A stretch of DNA of 64,000 bases from Christensenella sp. (GTDB lineage: Bacteria > Bacillota > Clostridia > Christensenellales > CAG-917): the NCBI GenBank assembly GCA_022009775.1, contig CP091723.1, positions 1,029,121-1,093,120 on the forward strand. The letters run 5' to 3'. The stretch's first letter is position 1. Every line of letters starts with the position of its first letter. A program made the position numbers and the translations under genes. Under the pieces are notes generated by a model that did not search any database, was not told the origin of the DNA, and was given only the letters and a program-made list of their open reading frames with translations. Of this stretch, positions 41,064-51,794 are shown in pieces.

Positions 41064-41892
41064 ATGGCTATTAAGAAATATAAACCAACGTCTCCTGCAC
41101 GTCGTTTCATGACGGTCTCCGCTTATGAAGAAATCACAAGCACCACTCCCGAGCGTTCACTTCTCGTGTCCCTCAACAAGAGCGGCGGCAGAAACTCCAT
41201 GGGCAGAATCACCGTTCGTCACATCGGCGGCGGCAACAGAAACAAATATCGTATCATCGACTACAAGCGCAACAAAGACGGTATCCCCGCAAAAGTCGCG
41301 ACTATCGAATACGACCCCAACCGTTCCGCAAACATCGCACTTCTGCACTATGCAGACGGCGAAAAAAGCATACATTCTCGCTCCTTTGGGACTTAGCGTA
41401 GGCGACGTTCTCGAAAGCGGTGAAAACGCGGATATCAAAGTCGGCAACGCACTTCCGCTTTCCGCAATCCCCGTCGGTACGATGATTCACAACATCGAGT
41501 TGCAACCCGGCAACGGCGGCGTCATCGCAAGAGCGGCAGGCAATGCGGCACAACTTATGGCTAAAGAAGGCAAATACGCAATCGTGCGTATGCCGAGCGG
41601 CGAAATGAGATATGTTCTCATCAACTGCAGAGCGACAATCGGTCAAGTGGGCAACATCGACCACGAAATCGTTCGCGTCGGTAAAGCAGGTAAGACTCGT
41701 CACATGGGCGTTCGTCCGACCGTCCGTGGTGTCGTTATGAACCCGAACGATCACCCGCACGGCGGTGGTGAAGGTAAGTCTCCTGTCGGTATGCCGTCAC
41801 CTGTCACTCCCTGGGGCAAACCTGCTCTTGGCTATAAGACGAGAAAGAAGAAGAACAAATCTAATAAGTTCATCATTAAGCGCGTGAACTAA
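41064..41892 (+). CDS. rplB: 50S ribosomal protein L2 (frame broken at the A6 run 41362-41367)
   Basis: ORFs 41064-41396 and 41125-41892 join as ...LLHYADGEK|[13 protein letters not shown]... Motif [12 protein letters not shown] is present. Confidence 0.93.
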
Positions 41893-41904
41893 TCGGAGGA
41901 CAAA

Positions 41905-42177
41905 ATGAGTAGAAGTGTTAAAAAAGGCCCGTATGTAGAAGAGCGCCTTATCAACAGAATCAATGCTATGAACGCATCCGGTGAACGCCAATCTGTTAAA
42001 ACCTGGTCAAGAAGTTCGACGATTTTCCCTGAAATGGTGGGTCACACGATAGCAGTTCACAACGGTAAACAACACGTTCCCGTATACATCACGGAAGACA
42101 TGGTCGGCTGCAAACTCGGCGAGTTCGCTCCCACGCGTACTTTCAGAGGCCACGCAGGCGCAAAGACCACGAAATAA
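41905..42177 (+). CDS. rpsS: 30S ribosomal protein S19
   Basis: [15 protein letters not shown]...[29 protein letters not shown]. Confidence 0.97.
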   Translation: MSRSVKKGPYVEERLINRINAMNASGERQSVKTWSRSSTIFPEMVGHTIAVHNGKQHVPVYITEDMVGCKLGEFAPTRTFRGHAGAKTTK

Positions 42178-42192
42178 TAAAGGAGAATAGCT

Positions 42193-42582
42193 ATGGCAAC
42201 AAGAAGTAAACAAAAAGCCTTGGATCGTCAAGCAAAAGCGGATACAAGACCCTGTGCAACGGCTAAATTCGTCAGAATTTCTCCTTTCAAGGTCCGTATC
42301 GTGCTCGACATCATCAGAGGTAAATCGGTAACAGAAGCACTCGCAATCTTGGAGAACACTCCCAAGTCGGCAAGCGAACCGCTCATCAAGTTGGTCAACA
42401 GCGCGGCTGCAAACGGCGAGAACAATCAAAATCTTGCAAGAAACGATATGTACATCGCAGAATGCTTTGCAAACGAAGGTCCGACCTTGAAGCGTATTCA
42501 AGCGGTCTCCAAGGGCAGAGCGTATCGTATCAACAAGAGAACAAGTCACATCACGGTCATTCTTGACACGGTGAAAGCGTAA
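42193..42582 (+). CDS. rplV: 50S ribosomal protein L22
   Basis: 129 aa: [32 protein letters not shown]. Confidence 0.95.
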   Translation: MATRSKQKALDRQAKADTRPCATAKFVRISPFKVRIVLDIIRGKSVTEALAILENTPKSASEPLIKLVNSAAANGENNQNLARNDMYIAECFANEGPTLKRIQAVSKGRAYRINKRTSHITVILDTVKA

Positions 42583-42595
42583 GGAGGTATATCAA

Positions 42596-43258
42596 ATGGG
42601 ACAAAAGGTTGATCCAAACGGTCTTCGTACCGGCGTTATCAAGGCTTGGAACTCCAAGTGGTATGCCGACAAGGCTCACTTTGCAGACAATATCGTAGAA
42701 GATAACAAAGTCCGCAAGTTCATCAAGAAGAAATACTATGATACGGCTATTTCAAAAATAACCATCGAAAGAGCGGCAGACAAACTCGTAGTCGGCATCT
42801 ACACGGCTCGCCCGGCAGTGCTTATCGGCAAACAGGGCGCAGGCGTTGAAGAAATCAAGAAAGAAGTTGAAAAACTCGTCTCCGGCGACAAGAAAGTCAG
42901 CATCAACATCATGGAAGTCAAACATCCGGATGCAGACGCTCAACTCGTTGCTGAAAACATCGCAAAGCAACTCGAAGGACGTGCATCTTTCCGTCGCGCG
43001 ATGAAACAAGCAATGTCCAAGGCAATGAAAGCGGGCGCAAAGGGTGTCAAGACCATGGTCAGCGGCAGACTCGACGGCGCAGAAATCGCAAGATGCGAAC
43101 AATATCGTGAAGGTTCGATTCCGCTTCAAACCATCCGTGCAGACATCGATTACGGCGTAGCGACCGCAAACACCACTTTCGGTGCGATCGGCGTGAAATG
43201 CTGGATCTACAAGGGTGAAATCCTTGGCAAAAATCCACTTGAAGGAGGAAATCAATAA
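42596..43258 (+). CDS. rpsC: 30S ribosomal protein S3
   Basis: [24 protein letters not shown]... Confidence 0.97.
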   Translation: MGQKVDPNGLRTGVIKAWNSKWYADKAHFADNIVEDNKVRKFIKKKYYDTAISKITIERAADKLVVGIYTARPAVLIGKQGAGVEEIKKEVEKLVSGDKKVSINIMEVKHPDADAQLVAENIAKQLEGRASFRRAMKQAMSKAMKAGAKGVKTMVSGRLDGAEIARCEQYREGSIPLQTIRADIDYGVATANTTFGAIGVKCWIYKGEILGKNPLEGGNQ

Positions 43259-43694
43259 TGTTAATGCCTAAACGCGTCAAAAGACGTCGCCAAATGCGTG
43301 GCAGAATGAAAGGCAAAGCAAACAAGGGCAATATCGTCGCATACGGCGAATACGGTCTTGTTTCGACCGAGCCGGGCTGGATTACCTCCAACCAAATCGA
43401 AGCAGCCCGTGTCGCTATGACGAGATACATCCGTCGTGGCGGTCAAGTTTGGGTTGATATATTCCCTCACAAACCGGTAACGAAGAAACCTGCCGAAACT
43501 CGTATGGGTTCAGGTAAAGGTTCTCCCGAATACTGGGTAGCAGTAGTCAAGCCGGGCCGCGTGATGTTCGAAATCGCGGGTATCGACGAAGCAGTAGCAA
43601 AGAGGCACTTCGTCTTGCAGCAAACAAACTTCCCGTCAAGTGCAAGTTTGTCAAGGCTGAAGACGTCAACGGTGTCGAAGGCGGTGAACAATGA
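43258..43694 (+). CDS. rplP: 50S ribosomal protein L16 (C-terminus out of frame at the A-run 43599-43601)
   Basis: [19 protein letters not shown]... After ...IDEAVAK the L16-like tail ([30 protein letters not shown]) lies in another frame. It ends at TGA 43692-43694, overlapping the rpmC ATG. Confidence 0.92.
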
Positions 43695-43906
43695 AATCGA
43701 AACAAGTTTTGGAAATGACAGATAAAGAGTTGCAAACAAAACTCAACGAATTGAAGTCGGAATTGTTTTTCCTCCGCTTCAAAAACGCCACCAATCAATT
43801 GACCAACCCCATGGTTTTGGTCGAAACGAGACGTGACATTGCCCGTATCAAGACTGTCATCCGTCAAAGAGAAATTGCTCGCGCGAAAGACGAAGCAAAG
43901 GGCTAA
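43691..43906 (+). CDS. rpmC: 50S ribosomal protein L29
   Basis: 71 aa: [34 protein letters not shown]. Confidence 0.95.
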   Translation: MKSKQVLEMTDKELQTKLNELKSELFFLRFKNATNQLTNPMVLVETRRDIARIKTVIRQREIARAKDEAKG

Positions 43907-43918
43907 TCGGAGGAACGT

Positions 43919-44176
43919 ATGGAAGAAAGAAATCTCAGAAAAGAAAGAGTCGGTATCGTCGTGAGCGACAAGATGGACAAGACCATCGTCGTCGCAGTCA
44001 GCGAACGCGTTAAACATCCGCTCTACAAGAAGATAGTCAACCGCACCAAGAAGTTCAAAGCGCATGACGAAAACAACGCATGCGGCATCGGCGACAAGGT
44101 GCTTATCCAAGAAACTCGTCCCCTTTCCAAGGACAAGTGCTGGAGACTCGTCGAAATAGTCGAGAAAGCGAAATAA
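43919..44176 (+). CDS. rpsQ: 30S ribosomal protein S17
   Basis: 85 aa: [34 protein letters not shown]. Confidence 0.96.
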   Translation: MEERNLRKERVGIVVSDKMDKTIVVAVSERVKHPLYKKIVNRTKKFKAHDENNACGIGDKVLIQETRPLSKDKCWRLVEIVEKAK

Positions 44177-44189
44177 TAGGAGGAGCGCT

Positions 44190-44558
44190 ATGATTCAACC
44201 ATTGAGTTGGCTTAAAGTCGCTGACAACAGCGGAGCCAAAGAAATTATGTGCATCAGAGTCTTGGGCGGTTCTTTCAGAAGAAGCGGAAACATCGGTGAC
44301 GTCATCGTTGCATCCGTCAAATCGGCTATCCCGGGCGGCAAAGTCAAGAAGGGCGACGTCGTGAAAGCGGTTATCGTTCGCACGACTTTCGGTCTCCAAC
44401 GTGAAGACGGCAGCTACATCAAATTCGACGACAACGCTGCAGTCATCATCGACAACCAAAAACAACCACAAGGCACTCGTATTTTTGGGCCTATCGCAAG
44501 AGAATTGCGTGACAAGGATTACACCAAAATCATCTCTCTTGCCCCGGAAGTGCTGTAA
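44190..44558 (+). CDS. rplN: 50S ribosomal protein L14
   Basis: [27 protein letters not shown]... Confidence 0.97.
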   Translation: MIQPLSWLKVADNSGAKEIMCIRVLGGSFRRSGNIGDVIVASVKSAIPGGKVKKGDVVKAVIVRTTFGLQREDGSYIKFDDNAAVIIDNQKQPQGTRIFGPIARELRDKDYTKIISLAPEVL

Positions 44559-44573
44559 GAAGGAGAAAAAGTT

Positions 44574-44978
44574 ATGGCAAAATTGAGTGTTAAGAAAGGT
44601 GACAACGTTATGGTCATCAGCGGCAAAGATTCCGGCAAGGTCGGCAAGGTTTTGAAAGTCTTGCCCGAAAGCGGAAGAATCTACGTTGAAGGCGTCAATA
44701 TCGTATCAAAGAGCAAAAAGCCGAGAAACGCACAAGACAACGGCGGCATCATCAAGCAAGAAGGCACAATCGACGCATCCAACGTGATGCACGTTTGCGC
44801 AGGTTGCGGAGCAGTCGTCAGAGTTAAGCACGAAGTGAAAGACGTCAACGGAAAACAAAAATCCGTTCGCGTTTGCCCCAAGTGCGGCGCATCTCTCGAC
44901 GAGAAGAAACCGTCTGCAAAGAAAGTAGCGAAAAAGGCTGCAAAAAAGAAAGCAGAAAAGTCCGAAGATAAGGACTAA
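44574..44978 (+). CDS. rplX: 50S ribosomal protein L24, with an unusual CxxC...CxxC insertion and a Lys-rich tail
   Basis: 134 aa. The KOW core is [23 protein letters not shown]. The C-terminal part is [62 protein letters not shown]. Confidence 0.93.
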   Translation: MAKLSVKKGDNVMVISGKDSGKVGKVLKVLPESGRIYVEGVNIVSKSKKPRNAQDNGGIIKQEGTIDASNVMHVCAGCGAVVRVKHEVKDVNGKQKSVRVCPKCGASLDEKKPSAKKVAKKAAKKKAEKSEDKD

Positions 44979-45072
44979 TACATCGGAGGTAATATCGTGG
45001 CAGAAAAGAAAAAATCAGGTTGCTAAAGCAGCTGCAACCGATCAAAATGCTGGTAATGCTGAAAGATATCGC

Positions 45073-45603
45073 ATGAGAAAACAGTACACGGAAGAAGTTG
45101 TACCGGCTCTCATCAAACGCTTTGGCTACAAGAACATCAACGAAGTTCCGCGTCTTGAAAAGGTCGTTCTCAACATGGGTTTGGGCGATTGCAAAGACAA
45201 TAGCAAATCCTTGCAACTCGCAGTCGACGAACTCAAAATGATCGCAGGTCAAAAGCCCGTCATCACGACCGCAAAGAAATCAGTTGCGAACTTCAAGGTG
45301 AGAGAAGGAATGAACGTCGGTGCAAAAGTTACCCTTCGCGGCAACAGAATGTACGACTTCCTTGACAAGTTCATCTCCATCGCACTTCCCAGAGTCCGCG
45401 ACTTCCGCGGTATCTCTTCCAAGTCTTTCGACGGCAGAGGCAACTATGCTGTCGGCGTGAAGGAACAACTTATCTTCCCGGAAATCGAATTCGACAAAGT
45501 CGAAAAAGTCCGTGGATTCGATATTTGCATCGTCACGACCGCAAAGACCGATGAAGAAGCACGTGAATTGCTCAAACTTTTGGGCATGCCGTTTGCAAAA
45601 TAA
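45073..45603 (+). CDS. rplE: 50S ribosomal protein L5
   Basis: [36 protein letters not shown]. There is no good SD before ATG 45073. The frame is open upstream to a GGAGG+GTG at 44997, which lies one A-run indel (45009-45014) away. Confidence 0.93.
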   Translation: MRKQYTEEVVPALIKRFGYKNINEVPRLEKVVLNMGLGDCKDNSKSLQLAVDELKMIAGQKPVITTAKKSVANFKVREGMNVGAKVTLRGNRMYDFLDKFISIALPRVRDFRGISSKSFDGRGNYAVGVKEQLIFPEIEFDKVEKVRGFDICIVTTAKTDEEARELLKLLGMPFAK

Positions 45604-45613
45604 GGAGTGAACT

Positions 45614-45799
45614 ATGGCCAAAACATCAATGAAAATAAAGCAACAAAGACCACAAAAGTTCTCGACGCGTGAATATACACGTTGCCGTATTTGCGGACGC
45701 CCGCACGCCGTTCTTAAAAAGTACGGCATTTGCAGAGTTTGCTTCAGAAATCTCGCTTACAAAGGCGAGCTTCCCGGAGTGAAGAAGGCAAGTTGGTAA
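45614..45799 (+). CDS. rpsN: 30S ribosomal protein S14 type Z (zinc-binding)
   Basis: 61 aa: [22 protein letters not shown]. Confidence 0.96.
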   Translation: MAKTSMKIKQQRPQKFSTREYTRCRICGRPHAVLKKYGICRVCFRNLAYKGELPGVKKASW

Positions 45800-45814
45800 G
45801 AGGAGGCACGAAAA

Positions 45815-46210
45815 ATGACTGATCCAATTGCAGATATGCTTACAAGAATTAGAAATGCCTTGACCGCAAAGCACGAAACGGTTGAAGTTCCGGCGAGCAA
45901 AATCAAGGTCGCAATAGCAGAAATACTCGTCAAAGAAGGTTACGTGAAAGGTTTTGAAATCGTCGAAGGCGCAGTTCAAGACAACATCGTCATCACTTTG
46001 AAATACGCACCCGTCAAAGGACAACACGTCGTTACGGGGCTCAAGAGAGTATCAACACCCGGTCTTCGCGTCTACGCAGGCGTGGATAACCTTCCGAAGG
46101 TTTTGAACGGTATGGGTATTGCCATCCTTTCAACGTCGAAGGGTATTCTCACCGACAAGGAAGCGAAAGCACAACACGTCGGCGGCGAAGTGTTGGCGTA
46201 CATTTGGTAA
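45815..46210 (+). CDS. rpsH: 30S ribosomal protein S8
   Basis: [29 protein letters not shown]. Confidence 0.97.
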   Translation: MTDPIADMLTRIRNALTAKHETVEVPASKIKVAIAEILVKEGYVKGFEIVEGAVQDNIVITLKYAPVKGQHVVTGLKRVSTPGLRVYAGVDNLPKVLNGMGIAILSTSKGILTDKEAKAQHVGGEVLAYIW

Positions 46211-46221
46211 GGAGGCGCACT

Positions 46222-46764
46222 ATGTCAAGAATCGGTAGAGCACCTGTCCAAATTCCGCAAGGTGTACAAGTTACAATCAACGATCATCTCGTAACGGTGA
46301 CCGGCCCGCTCGGCACGCTCACCCAAAAGATCGACAAATCCATCGACGTCAAAGTTGAAGACGGACACGTTCTTTGCACTCGTCATTCCGACGACAAAGA
46401 CCATCGCGCTTTGCACGGACTTTATCGCGCGCTCATCCACAACATGGTGGTCGGCGTAACCAAAGGTTTTGAAAAGAGCCTTATCGTCAACGGCGTAGGT
46501 TACAAAGTCACTTTGAACGGTAACAACAAGATGACCATGAACATCGGTTTTTCTCATCCTGTTGATTTTACTGCTCCGGAAGGCGTCACCTTTGCACAAC
46601 CGCAACCGCTTGAAATCGTCGTCAAGGGCATCGATCGTCAACTCGTTGGTCAGACTGCTGCAACCATCAAGGCTATCAAACCGGTTGAACCGTATCACGG
46701 ATACGGCATTCACTACAAGGATGAGACCGTCATCCACAAAGTCGGCAAGAGAGCCACGAAGTAA
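46222..46764 (+). CDS. rplF: 50S ribosomal protein L6
   Basis: MSRIGRAPVQIPQGVQVTINDHLVTVTGPLG. GGAGG lies upstream of ATG 46222. Confidence 0.96.
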   Translation: MSRIGRAPVQIPQGVQVTINDHLVTVTGPLGTLTQKIDKSIDVKVEDGHVLCTRHSDDKDHRALHGLYRALIHNMVVGVTKGFEKSLIVNGVGYKVTLNGNNKMTMNIGFSHPVDFTAPEGVTFAQPQPLEIVVKGIDRQLVGQTAATIKAIKPVEPYHGYGIHYKDETVIHKVGKRATK

Positions 46765-46775
46765 TGAGGTGAAGT

Positions 46776-47144
46776 ATGATTTCCCAAAAAGATAAAAACG
46801 CAGATAGAATCATTCGTCACGCAAGAGTGAGAAAGAAAGTCGGCGGCACTGCCGAAAGACCTCGTCTTTGCGTGTACAGAAGCACAAACCATATCTATGC
46901 TCAAATCATCGACGACGTGAAGGGACACACCCTTTGCGCTGCAAGCACTCTCGAAAAAGACGTCGCAGCGAAAGTTGCAGACCTTTCCAAGAGCGAAGCG
47001 GCAAAAGTCGTGGGTGCGGCAATTGCTGAAAAGGCTCAAAATCTCGGCATCAAAGAAGTCGTGTTCGACAGAGGCGGCTATCTTTACACCGGCAGAGTGC
47101 AAGCACTCGCCGACGGCGCAAGAGAAGCCGGTCTTGAGTTTTAA
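46776..47144 (+). CDS. rplR: 50S ribosomal protein L18
   Basis: 122 aa: [34 protein letters not shown]. Confidence 0.96.
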   Translation: MISQKDKNADRIIRHARVRKKVGGTAERPRLCVYRSTNHIYAQIIDDVKGHTLCAASTLEKDVAAKVADLSKSEAAKVVGAAIAEKAQNLGIKEVVFDRGGYLYTGRVQALADGAREAGLEF

Positions 47145-47155
47145 TCGGAGGAATT

Positions 47156-47674
47156 ATGGCAGAAAATCGTGATAGAAGAAACGATAGAAACAGAGAAGAG
47201 AACGACGGTTTGACCAAGAAACTCATCGCAGTCAACCGCGTCAGCAAGACCGTCAAAGGCGGCAGAAACATGCGTTTCTCCGCACTCGTCGTGGTCGGTG
47301 ACGGCAACGGCAAAGTCGGTATCGGCACGGGCAAGGCGGCTGAAGTTCCCGAAGCAATCGAGAAAGCAACCCAACTTGCAAAACGCAATCTCGTGGCTGT
47401 TTCTTTGAAAGGCAACACAATTCCCCATGCAACAACCGGCAAGTTCGGTCGTGGACAAGTTCTTCTTCTTCCTGCTGAAGAAGGTACCGGCGTTATCGCG
47501 GGCGGCGCAGTGCGTATCGTTCTCGAAGTCGCAGGCGTCAAAGACATCAGAACCAAGTCTCTCGGCTCGAACAACCCGATTAACAGTGCGAAAGCAACGC
47601 TCGAAGGACTTCTCAGCCTTCGCAACGCAGACGAAATCGCACAACTTCGCGGCGTAGACGTCGTGGCAGACTAA
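47156..47674 (+). CDS. rpsE: 30S ribosomal protein S5
   Basis: 172 aa: [39 protein letters not shown]. Confidence 0.97.
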   Translation: MAENRDRRNDRNREENDGLTKKLIAVNRVSKTVKGGRNMRFSALVVVGDGNGKVGIGTGKAAEVPEAIEKATQLAKRNLVAVSLKGNTIPHATTGKFGRGQVLLLPAEEGTGVIAGGAVRIVLEVAGVKDIRTKSLGSNNPINSAKATLEGLLSLRNADEIAQLRGVDVVAD

Positions 47675-47692
47675 TAAAGGGGGCGTACTACT

Positions 47693-47901
47693 ATGGCAAA
47701 GAAAGCAGCTGCACAAGCAGAAGTAAAATCCATCAAAGTCACTCTCGTGAAGAGCGCCAACGGCATTCTTAAGAACCAAAAGCGAATCTCGAAGCACTCG
47801 GATTGCACAAAATCGGCAATGCGAGAGTCTTCGTTGACGACGCTTGCGTTCGCGGAAAAATCGCCAAAGTTTCTCACCTTGTAAAGGTTGAAGAAGTTTA
47901 A
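47693..47901 (+). CDS. rpmD: 50S ribosomal protein L30 (frame broken at the A4 run 47778-47781)
   Basis: MAKKAAAQAEVKSIKVTLVKSANGILKNQK, then the L30-like continuation ANLEALGLHKIGNARVFVDDACVRGKIAKVSHLVKVEEV* in the next frame, ending at TAA 47899-47901. Confidence 0.88.
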
Positions 47902-47913
47902 GGAGAAAGCCTT

Positions 47914-48360
47914 ATGAATATTCAAGACATCAAGCCCGCAGAAGGTGCAAGAACCGCAACCAAGAGAATCGGTCGTGGCGTCGGCTCCGGAATGGGCAAA
48001 ACATCCACTCGCGGACATAAAGGTCAATGGGCAAGAAGCGGTGGCGGCGTGCGTCCCAACTTTGAAGGCGGACAAATGCCGATGACCAGAAGACTCCCGA
48101 AGATCGGTTTCAACAACAAGAGATTCGCACACGTCTACAATCAAGTCAATATCGACGTCTTCAACAGATTTGAGGACGGAGCAGTTGTCGGTATAGATGA
48201 ACTTGTTGCAAGCGGTATTATCAAGAAGGTCGAGCCTTACGGACTTAAAGTTCTCGGCAACGGCGTACTTGAAAAGAAACTTACAATCAAAGCCAACAAA
48301 TTCACCGCGTCTGCAGTTGAAAAAATCGAAAAGGCAGGCGGCACAGTAGAGGTGCTATAA
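47914..48360 (+). CDS. rplO: 50S ribosomal protein L15
   Basis: 148 aa: [39 protein letters not shown]. Confidence 0.96.
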   Translation: MNIQDIKPAEGARTATKRIGRGVGSGMGKTSTRGHKGQWARSGGGVRPNFEGGQMPMTRRLPKIGFNNKRFAHVYNQVNIDVFNRFEDGAVVGIDELVASGIIKKVEPYGLKVLGNGVLEKKLTIKANKFTASAVEKIEKAGGTVEVL

Positions 48361-49688
48361 TGTTTGAGACACTCAAAAACGCATTCAAATCGAAAGAGAT
48401 CAGGGTGAAGATTTGGCTCACCCTTGCTCTCATTCTCGTGTACAGAATAGGATGCTACATTCCTGTTCCGACGTTTGACGCGACCGCATTGACAAAGGCA
48501 TTCACCGAGCGAAATTCAGACTTTCTCGGACTTTTGAACATCTTGTCGGGCGGTTCGATGGCGAACGCTACGATATTTGCGCTAGGTGTCTTGCCGTTCA
48601 TCAACTCGTCAATTATCATGCAATTGCTTGCATTGGTCATTCCCGCACTCGAAAGATTGTCCAAAGAAGGCGATGAAGGCAGACAAAAACTTACGCAAAT
48701 CACGAGAATAGTCGCGATTGTGCTTGCAGTCGTTCAAGCAATCGGTATCGTGGTCGGATTCAAATCTTACATCCGCCCGATCTTCCCGTTTGAAAACGGT
48801 CAAGACAACGCAATTCTCACGATGGCTCTCACGATAGTTCTTTTGACGGCAGGCAGCGTCATGGTCATGTGGCTGAGCGAAAGAATTACCGAATACGGCA
48901 TCGGCAACGGCACTTCCATAATCATCTTTATCGGTATCATTGCGTCCGCAGGTACGACGATGGCAAACGCGTTCAAGTTGGTCGGCGCCAACTGGACTTA
49001 TATCTGGAACATTCTCGGATTTATCCTTATCGTCGTCGCGATCTTCGTGTTCATCGTGTTCATGGACGGCGCAGAGAGAAGAGTGCCCGTGCAATACTCC
49101 AAACAAATCAAGGGCAACAAAATGTACGGCGGTCAATCCACCTACATCCCCATTCGCGTCGGCGGAAGCGGCGTTATGCCGATAATTTTCGCAACGTCGT
49201 TGCTCATGTTCCCGCAAATGATCATCCAACTCTTTGCGGCAAACACCAAAGCGGCGGCATGGTACGAAACATACATGGGATCGGGCACGGCGGTATACTA
49301 TGTGCTCCTTGCAGTGCTCATTCTCGGATTCAGCTATTTCTACGCAATGATTCAGTTCAATCCGGACGACGTTGCAAGAAACATTCAACAATACGGCGGA
49401 TTTATTCCCGGTATCAGAGCGGGCAAACCGACCAGCGACTTCTTGAAGAAGGTCAACAACAGAGTGACGTTCTTCGGCGCTGTGTTCCTTATGCTCATCG
49501 CGCTCATCCCGACGTTCCTGTTCCGTGCACTTGCAATCGGCGACGGCACGTGGGTGAGTCCGGCACTTCCGTTTGCAAACTCGTTCTCCGCAACAGGTTT
49601 GCTCATCGTAGTCTCGGTTGCGCTTGAAATCAACAAACAACTCGAATCTCAAATCATGATGAAGCACTACAAAGGCTTCCTTAAGTGA
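48360..49688 (+). CDS. secY: Preprotein translocase subunit SecY
   Basis: 442 aa, 10-TM pattern. Motifs ALGVLPFINSSIIMQLL and GNGTSIIIF. Confidence 0.96.
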   Translation: MFETLKNAFKSKEIRVKIWLTLALILVYRIGCYIPVPTFDATALTKAFTERNSDFLGLLNILSGGSMANATIFALGVLPFINSSIIMQLLALVIPALERLSKEGDEGRQKLTQITRIVAIVLAVVQAIGIVVGFKSYIRPIFPFENGQDNAILTMALTIVLLTAGSVMVMWLSERITEYGIGNGTSIIIFIGIIASAGTTMANAFKLVGANWTYIWNILGFILIVVAIFVFIVFMDGAERRVPVQYSKQIKGNKMYGGQSTYIPIRVGGSGVMPIIFATSLLMFPQMIIQLFAANTKAAAWYETYMGSGTAVYYVLLAVLILGFSYFYAMIQFNPDDVARNIQQYGGFIPGIRAGKPTSDFLKKVNNRVTFFGAVFLMLIALIPTFLFRALAIGDGTWVSPALPFANSFSATGLLIVVSVALEINKQLESQIMMKHYKGFLK

Positions 49689-49746
49689 GAATCGACAAAC
49701 AAACTCAAATTTTTTCGGTGATGGCGCAAATCGTTTTTCGATTTGA

Positions 49747-49775
49747 TTGCCATCACGGTGAAAAAGTGCTATAAT
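49747..49775 (+). promoter_or_regulatory. Putative promoter ending 8 nt before the adk ATG (possible leaderless start)
   Basis: TTGCCA (49747-49752), 17 nt spacer, extended -10 TGcTATAAT (49767-49775). No SD lies between it and ATG 49784. It is preceded by a long hairpin at 49717-49757. Confidence 0.45.
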
Positions 49776-49783
49776 AAATAAAT

Positions 49784-50404
49784 ATGAAAAATATTATATT
49801 ATTAGGCGCTCCGGGCGCAGGAAAAGGTACTCAGGCGGCAATGATTGCCGAAGAATTCAACGTCCCCCATATCTCGACGGGCGATATACTCCGTCGCAAT
49901 ATGAAGGAAGGCACTCCGCTCGGACTCAAAGCGAAGGCTTACGTAGAATCCGGCGGACTCGTTCCCGACGAAGTGGTCATCGGTCTTGTGAAAGACAGAC
50001 TCGAACAAGACGACTGCAAGAACGGTTATATTCTCGACGGTTTCCCCAGAACCATTGCTCAAGCCGAAGCACTTGACAAAGTCGCGAAAATCGATATGGC
50101 AATCAACATTGACGTTCCGTTTGAAGTCATCATCGAGAGACTCGGCGGCAGAAGAGTTTGCGTTTGCGGAGAAACTTACCACGTATCGATGCTTGGCGGA
50201 AAGAACAACTGCTCCCGTTGCGGAAAGGAACTTTTCATCCGTGACGACGACAAACCCGAAACCGTGAAAAACAGATTGAAGGTTTATCAGGAACAGACCG
50301 AACCGCTCATCGAATACTATCGCAATCAAGGCAAGATCGTCGATATCGCCGCAAAAGGCACGAAGGAAGACATCTTTGCCGACATCAAGAAGGTGCTTGA
50401 ATGA
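49784..50404 (+). CDS. adk: Adenylate kinase (zinc-lid type)
   Basis: [18 protein letters not shown]; lid CVCGETYH...CSRCGKEL. Confidence 0.96.
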   Translation: MKNIILLGAPGAGKGTQAAMIAEEFNVPHISTGDILRRNMKEGTPLGLKAKAYVESGGLVPDEVVIGLVKDRLEQDDCKNGYILDGFPRTIAQAEALDKVAKIDMAINIDVPFEVIIERLGGRRVCVCGETYHVSMLGGKNNCSRCGKELFIRDDDKPETVKNRLKVYQEQTEPLIEYYRNQGKIVDIAAKGTKEDIFADIKKVLE

Positions 50405-51138
50405 TACACATTAAAAGCCCTGCCGAGATCGAGTGCATGCGTCAATCGGGTGCGATCCTGAGAGATTGCTTGCTTTATCTCGAAGAAAAGGCGAAACCGG
50501 GCGTATCGACAAAGAAACTCGACGAATTTGCTTACGATTACATCAAAAAGCACAATTCAACTCCTTCCTTTCTCGGATACGGCGGATTCCCCGGAACGAT
50601 ATGCGCGTCAATCGACGAAGTCATCGTACACGGCTTTCCGTCAGAGAGAAGACTTAAAGAAGGCGAGATAATCGGAGTCGATTGCGGATTGGTGTTCAAA
50701 GGCTGGCAAGCCGACGCCGCAAGAACTTTTCTCATCGGAGAAGTCAGCGAAGAAAAACAAAGGCTCGTTCAAACGACGAGAGAGAGTTTCTTCGAAGGCG
50801 TGAAACAATTCAAGGACGGCGGACATCTCGGAGACATCTCTCATGCGATTCAAGTGTATTGCGAAGATCGCGGATACGGGATCGTAAGGTCGATGACGGG
50901 ACACGGAATCGGCAAAGAGATGCACGAAGACCCTGCGGTGCCGAACTACGGCAGAGCGGGACACGGACCGAAACTTCAAGTCGGAATGGTGCTTGCAATC
51001 GAACCTATGGTCAATATGGGAACGTGGCAGACGCTTGAAGACGGTTGGAAGTGCGAGACGCTGGACGGACAACCTTCCGCGCATTACGAAAACACTGTTG
51101 CTCTGACAGAAAACGGAGCGGAAATACTCACGCTTTGA
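50401..51138 (+). CDS. map: Type I methionine aminopeptidase
   Basis: 245 aa. Motifs [21 protein letters not shown] and [14 protein letters not shown]. Confidence 0.95.
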   Translation: MIHIKSPAEIECMRQSGAILRDCLLYLEEKAKPGVSTKKLDEFAYDYIKKHNSTPSFLGYGGFPGTICASIDEVIVHGFPSERRLKEGEIIGVDCGLVFKGWQADAARTFLIGEVSEEKQRLVQTTRESFFEGVKQFKDGGHLGDISHAIQVYCEDRGYGIVRSMTGHGIGKEMHEDPAVPNYGRAGHGPKLQVGMVLAIEPMVNMGTWQTLEDGWKCETLDGQPSAHYENTVALTENGAEILTL

Positions 51139-51140
51139 TT

Positions 51141-51407
51141 ATGGAACTGGGACTAATCGTTTATTCGAAGGCAGGTCGCGACCAAGGCGCATATTATGCG
51201 GTCGTTGAAATCGTGGACGAAAACACGGTGAAAATCGCAGACGGAGATTTGCGTCACATAAAGAACGCGAAACTCAAAAACGTAAAACATTTGCAATCTA
51301 CGGGCGACGTGCTCGAAAAGATTGCTGAAAAACTTAAAAACGGTATGCAGGTGTTTGACGCAGAACTGTTCAGCGCGCTCCGTTTTTACAATGACAATAA
51401 GAACTAA
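51141..51407 (+). CDS. KOW-domain RNA-binding protein (the small gene found between map and infA in Clostridia)
   Basis: 88 aa from ATG 51141: MELGLIVYSKAGRDQGAYYAVVEIVDENTVKIADG. Confidence 0.7.
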   Translation: MELGLIVYSKAGRDQGAYYAVVEIVDENTVKIADGDLRHIKNAKLKNVKHLQSTGDVLEKIAEKLKNGMQVFDAELFSALRFYNDNKN

Positions 51408-51419
51408 AAAGGGGATTCT

Positions 51420-51638
51420 ATGTCAAAAGAAGACGTTATCGAAACCGAAGGCAAAGTCATCGAAGTCTTGCCAAAAACTCAATTCAGAGTTATGCTCAGC
51501 AACGGCCATGAAATATTGGCGTATCTCGGCGGAAAGTTGCGTATAAACAACATACGAATTCTCGAAGGCGACAAAGTGAAAATCGAAATGTCGCCATACG
51601 ACCTGACGAAGGGCAGAATCATCTACCGCAACAAATAA
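51420..51638 (+). CDS. infA: Translation initiation factor IF-1
   Basis: [41 protein letters not shown]. Confidence 0.97.
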   Translation: MSKEDVIETEGKVIEVLPKTQFRVMLSNGHEILAYLGGKLRINNIRILEGDKVKIEMSPYDLTKGRIIYRNK

Positions 51639-51677
51639 AGGTCACAAGCAAAACAACGCAAAATAAGGAGTTTAACT

Positions 51678-51794
51678 ATGAAAGTCAGACCAAGTGTAAA
51701 GCCTATGTGCGACAAATGCAAAGTTATCAAAAGAAACGGCAGAGTTATGGTTATCTGCTCAAAGTATCCAAACCACAAACAACGTCAAGGTTGA
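51678..51794 (+). CDS. rpmJ: 50S ribosomal protein L36 (zinc form)
   Basis: Not in the ORF track (38 aa). My translation is [38 protein letters not shown], with AAGGAG upstream. Confidence 0.93.
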   Translation: MKVRPSVKPMCDKCKVIKRNGRVMVICSKYPNHKQRQG

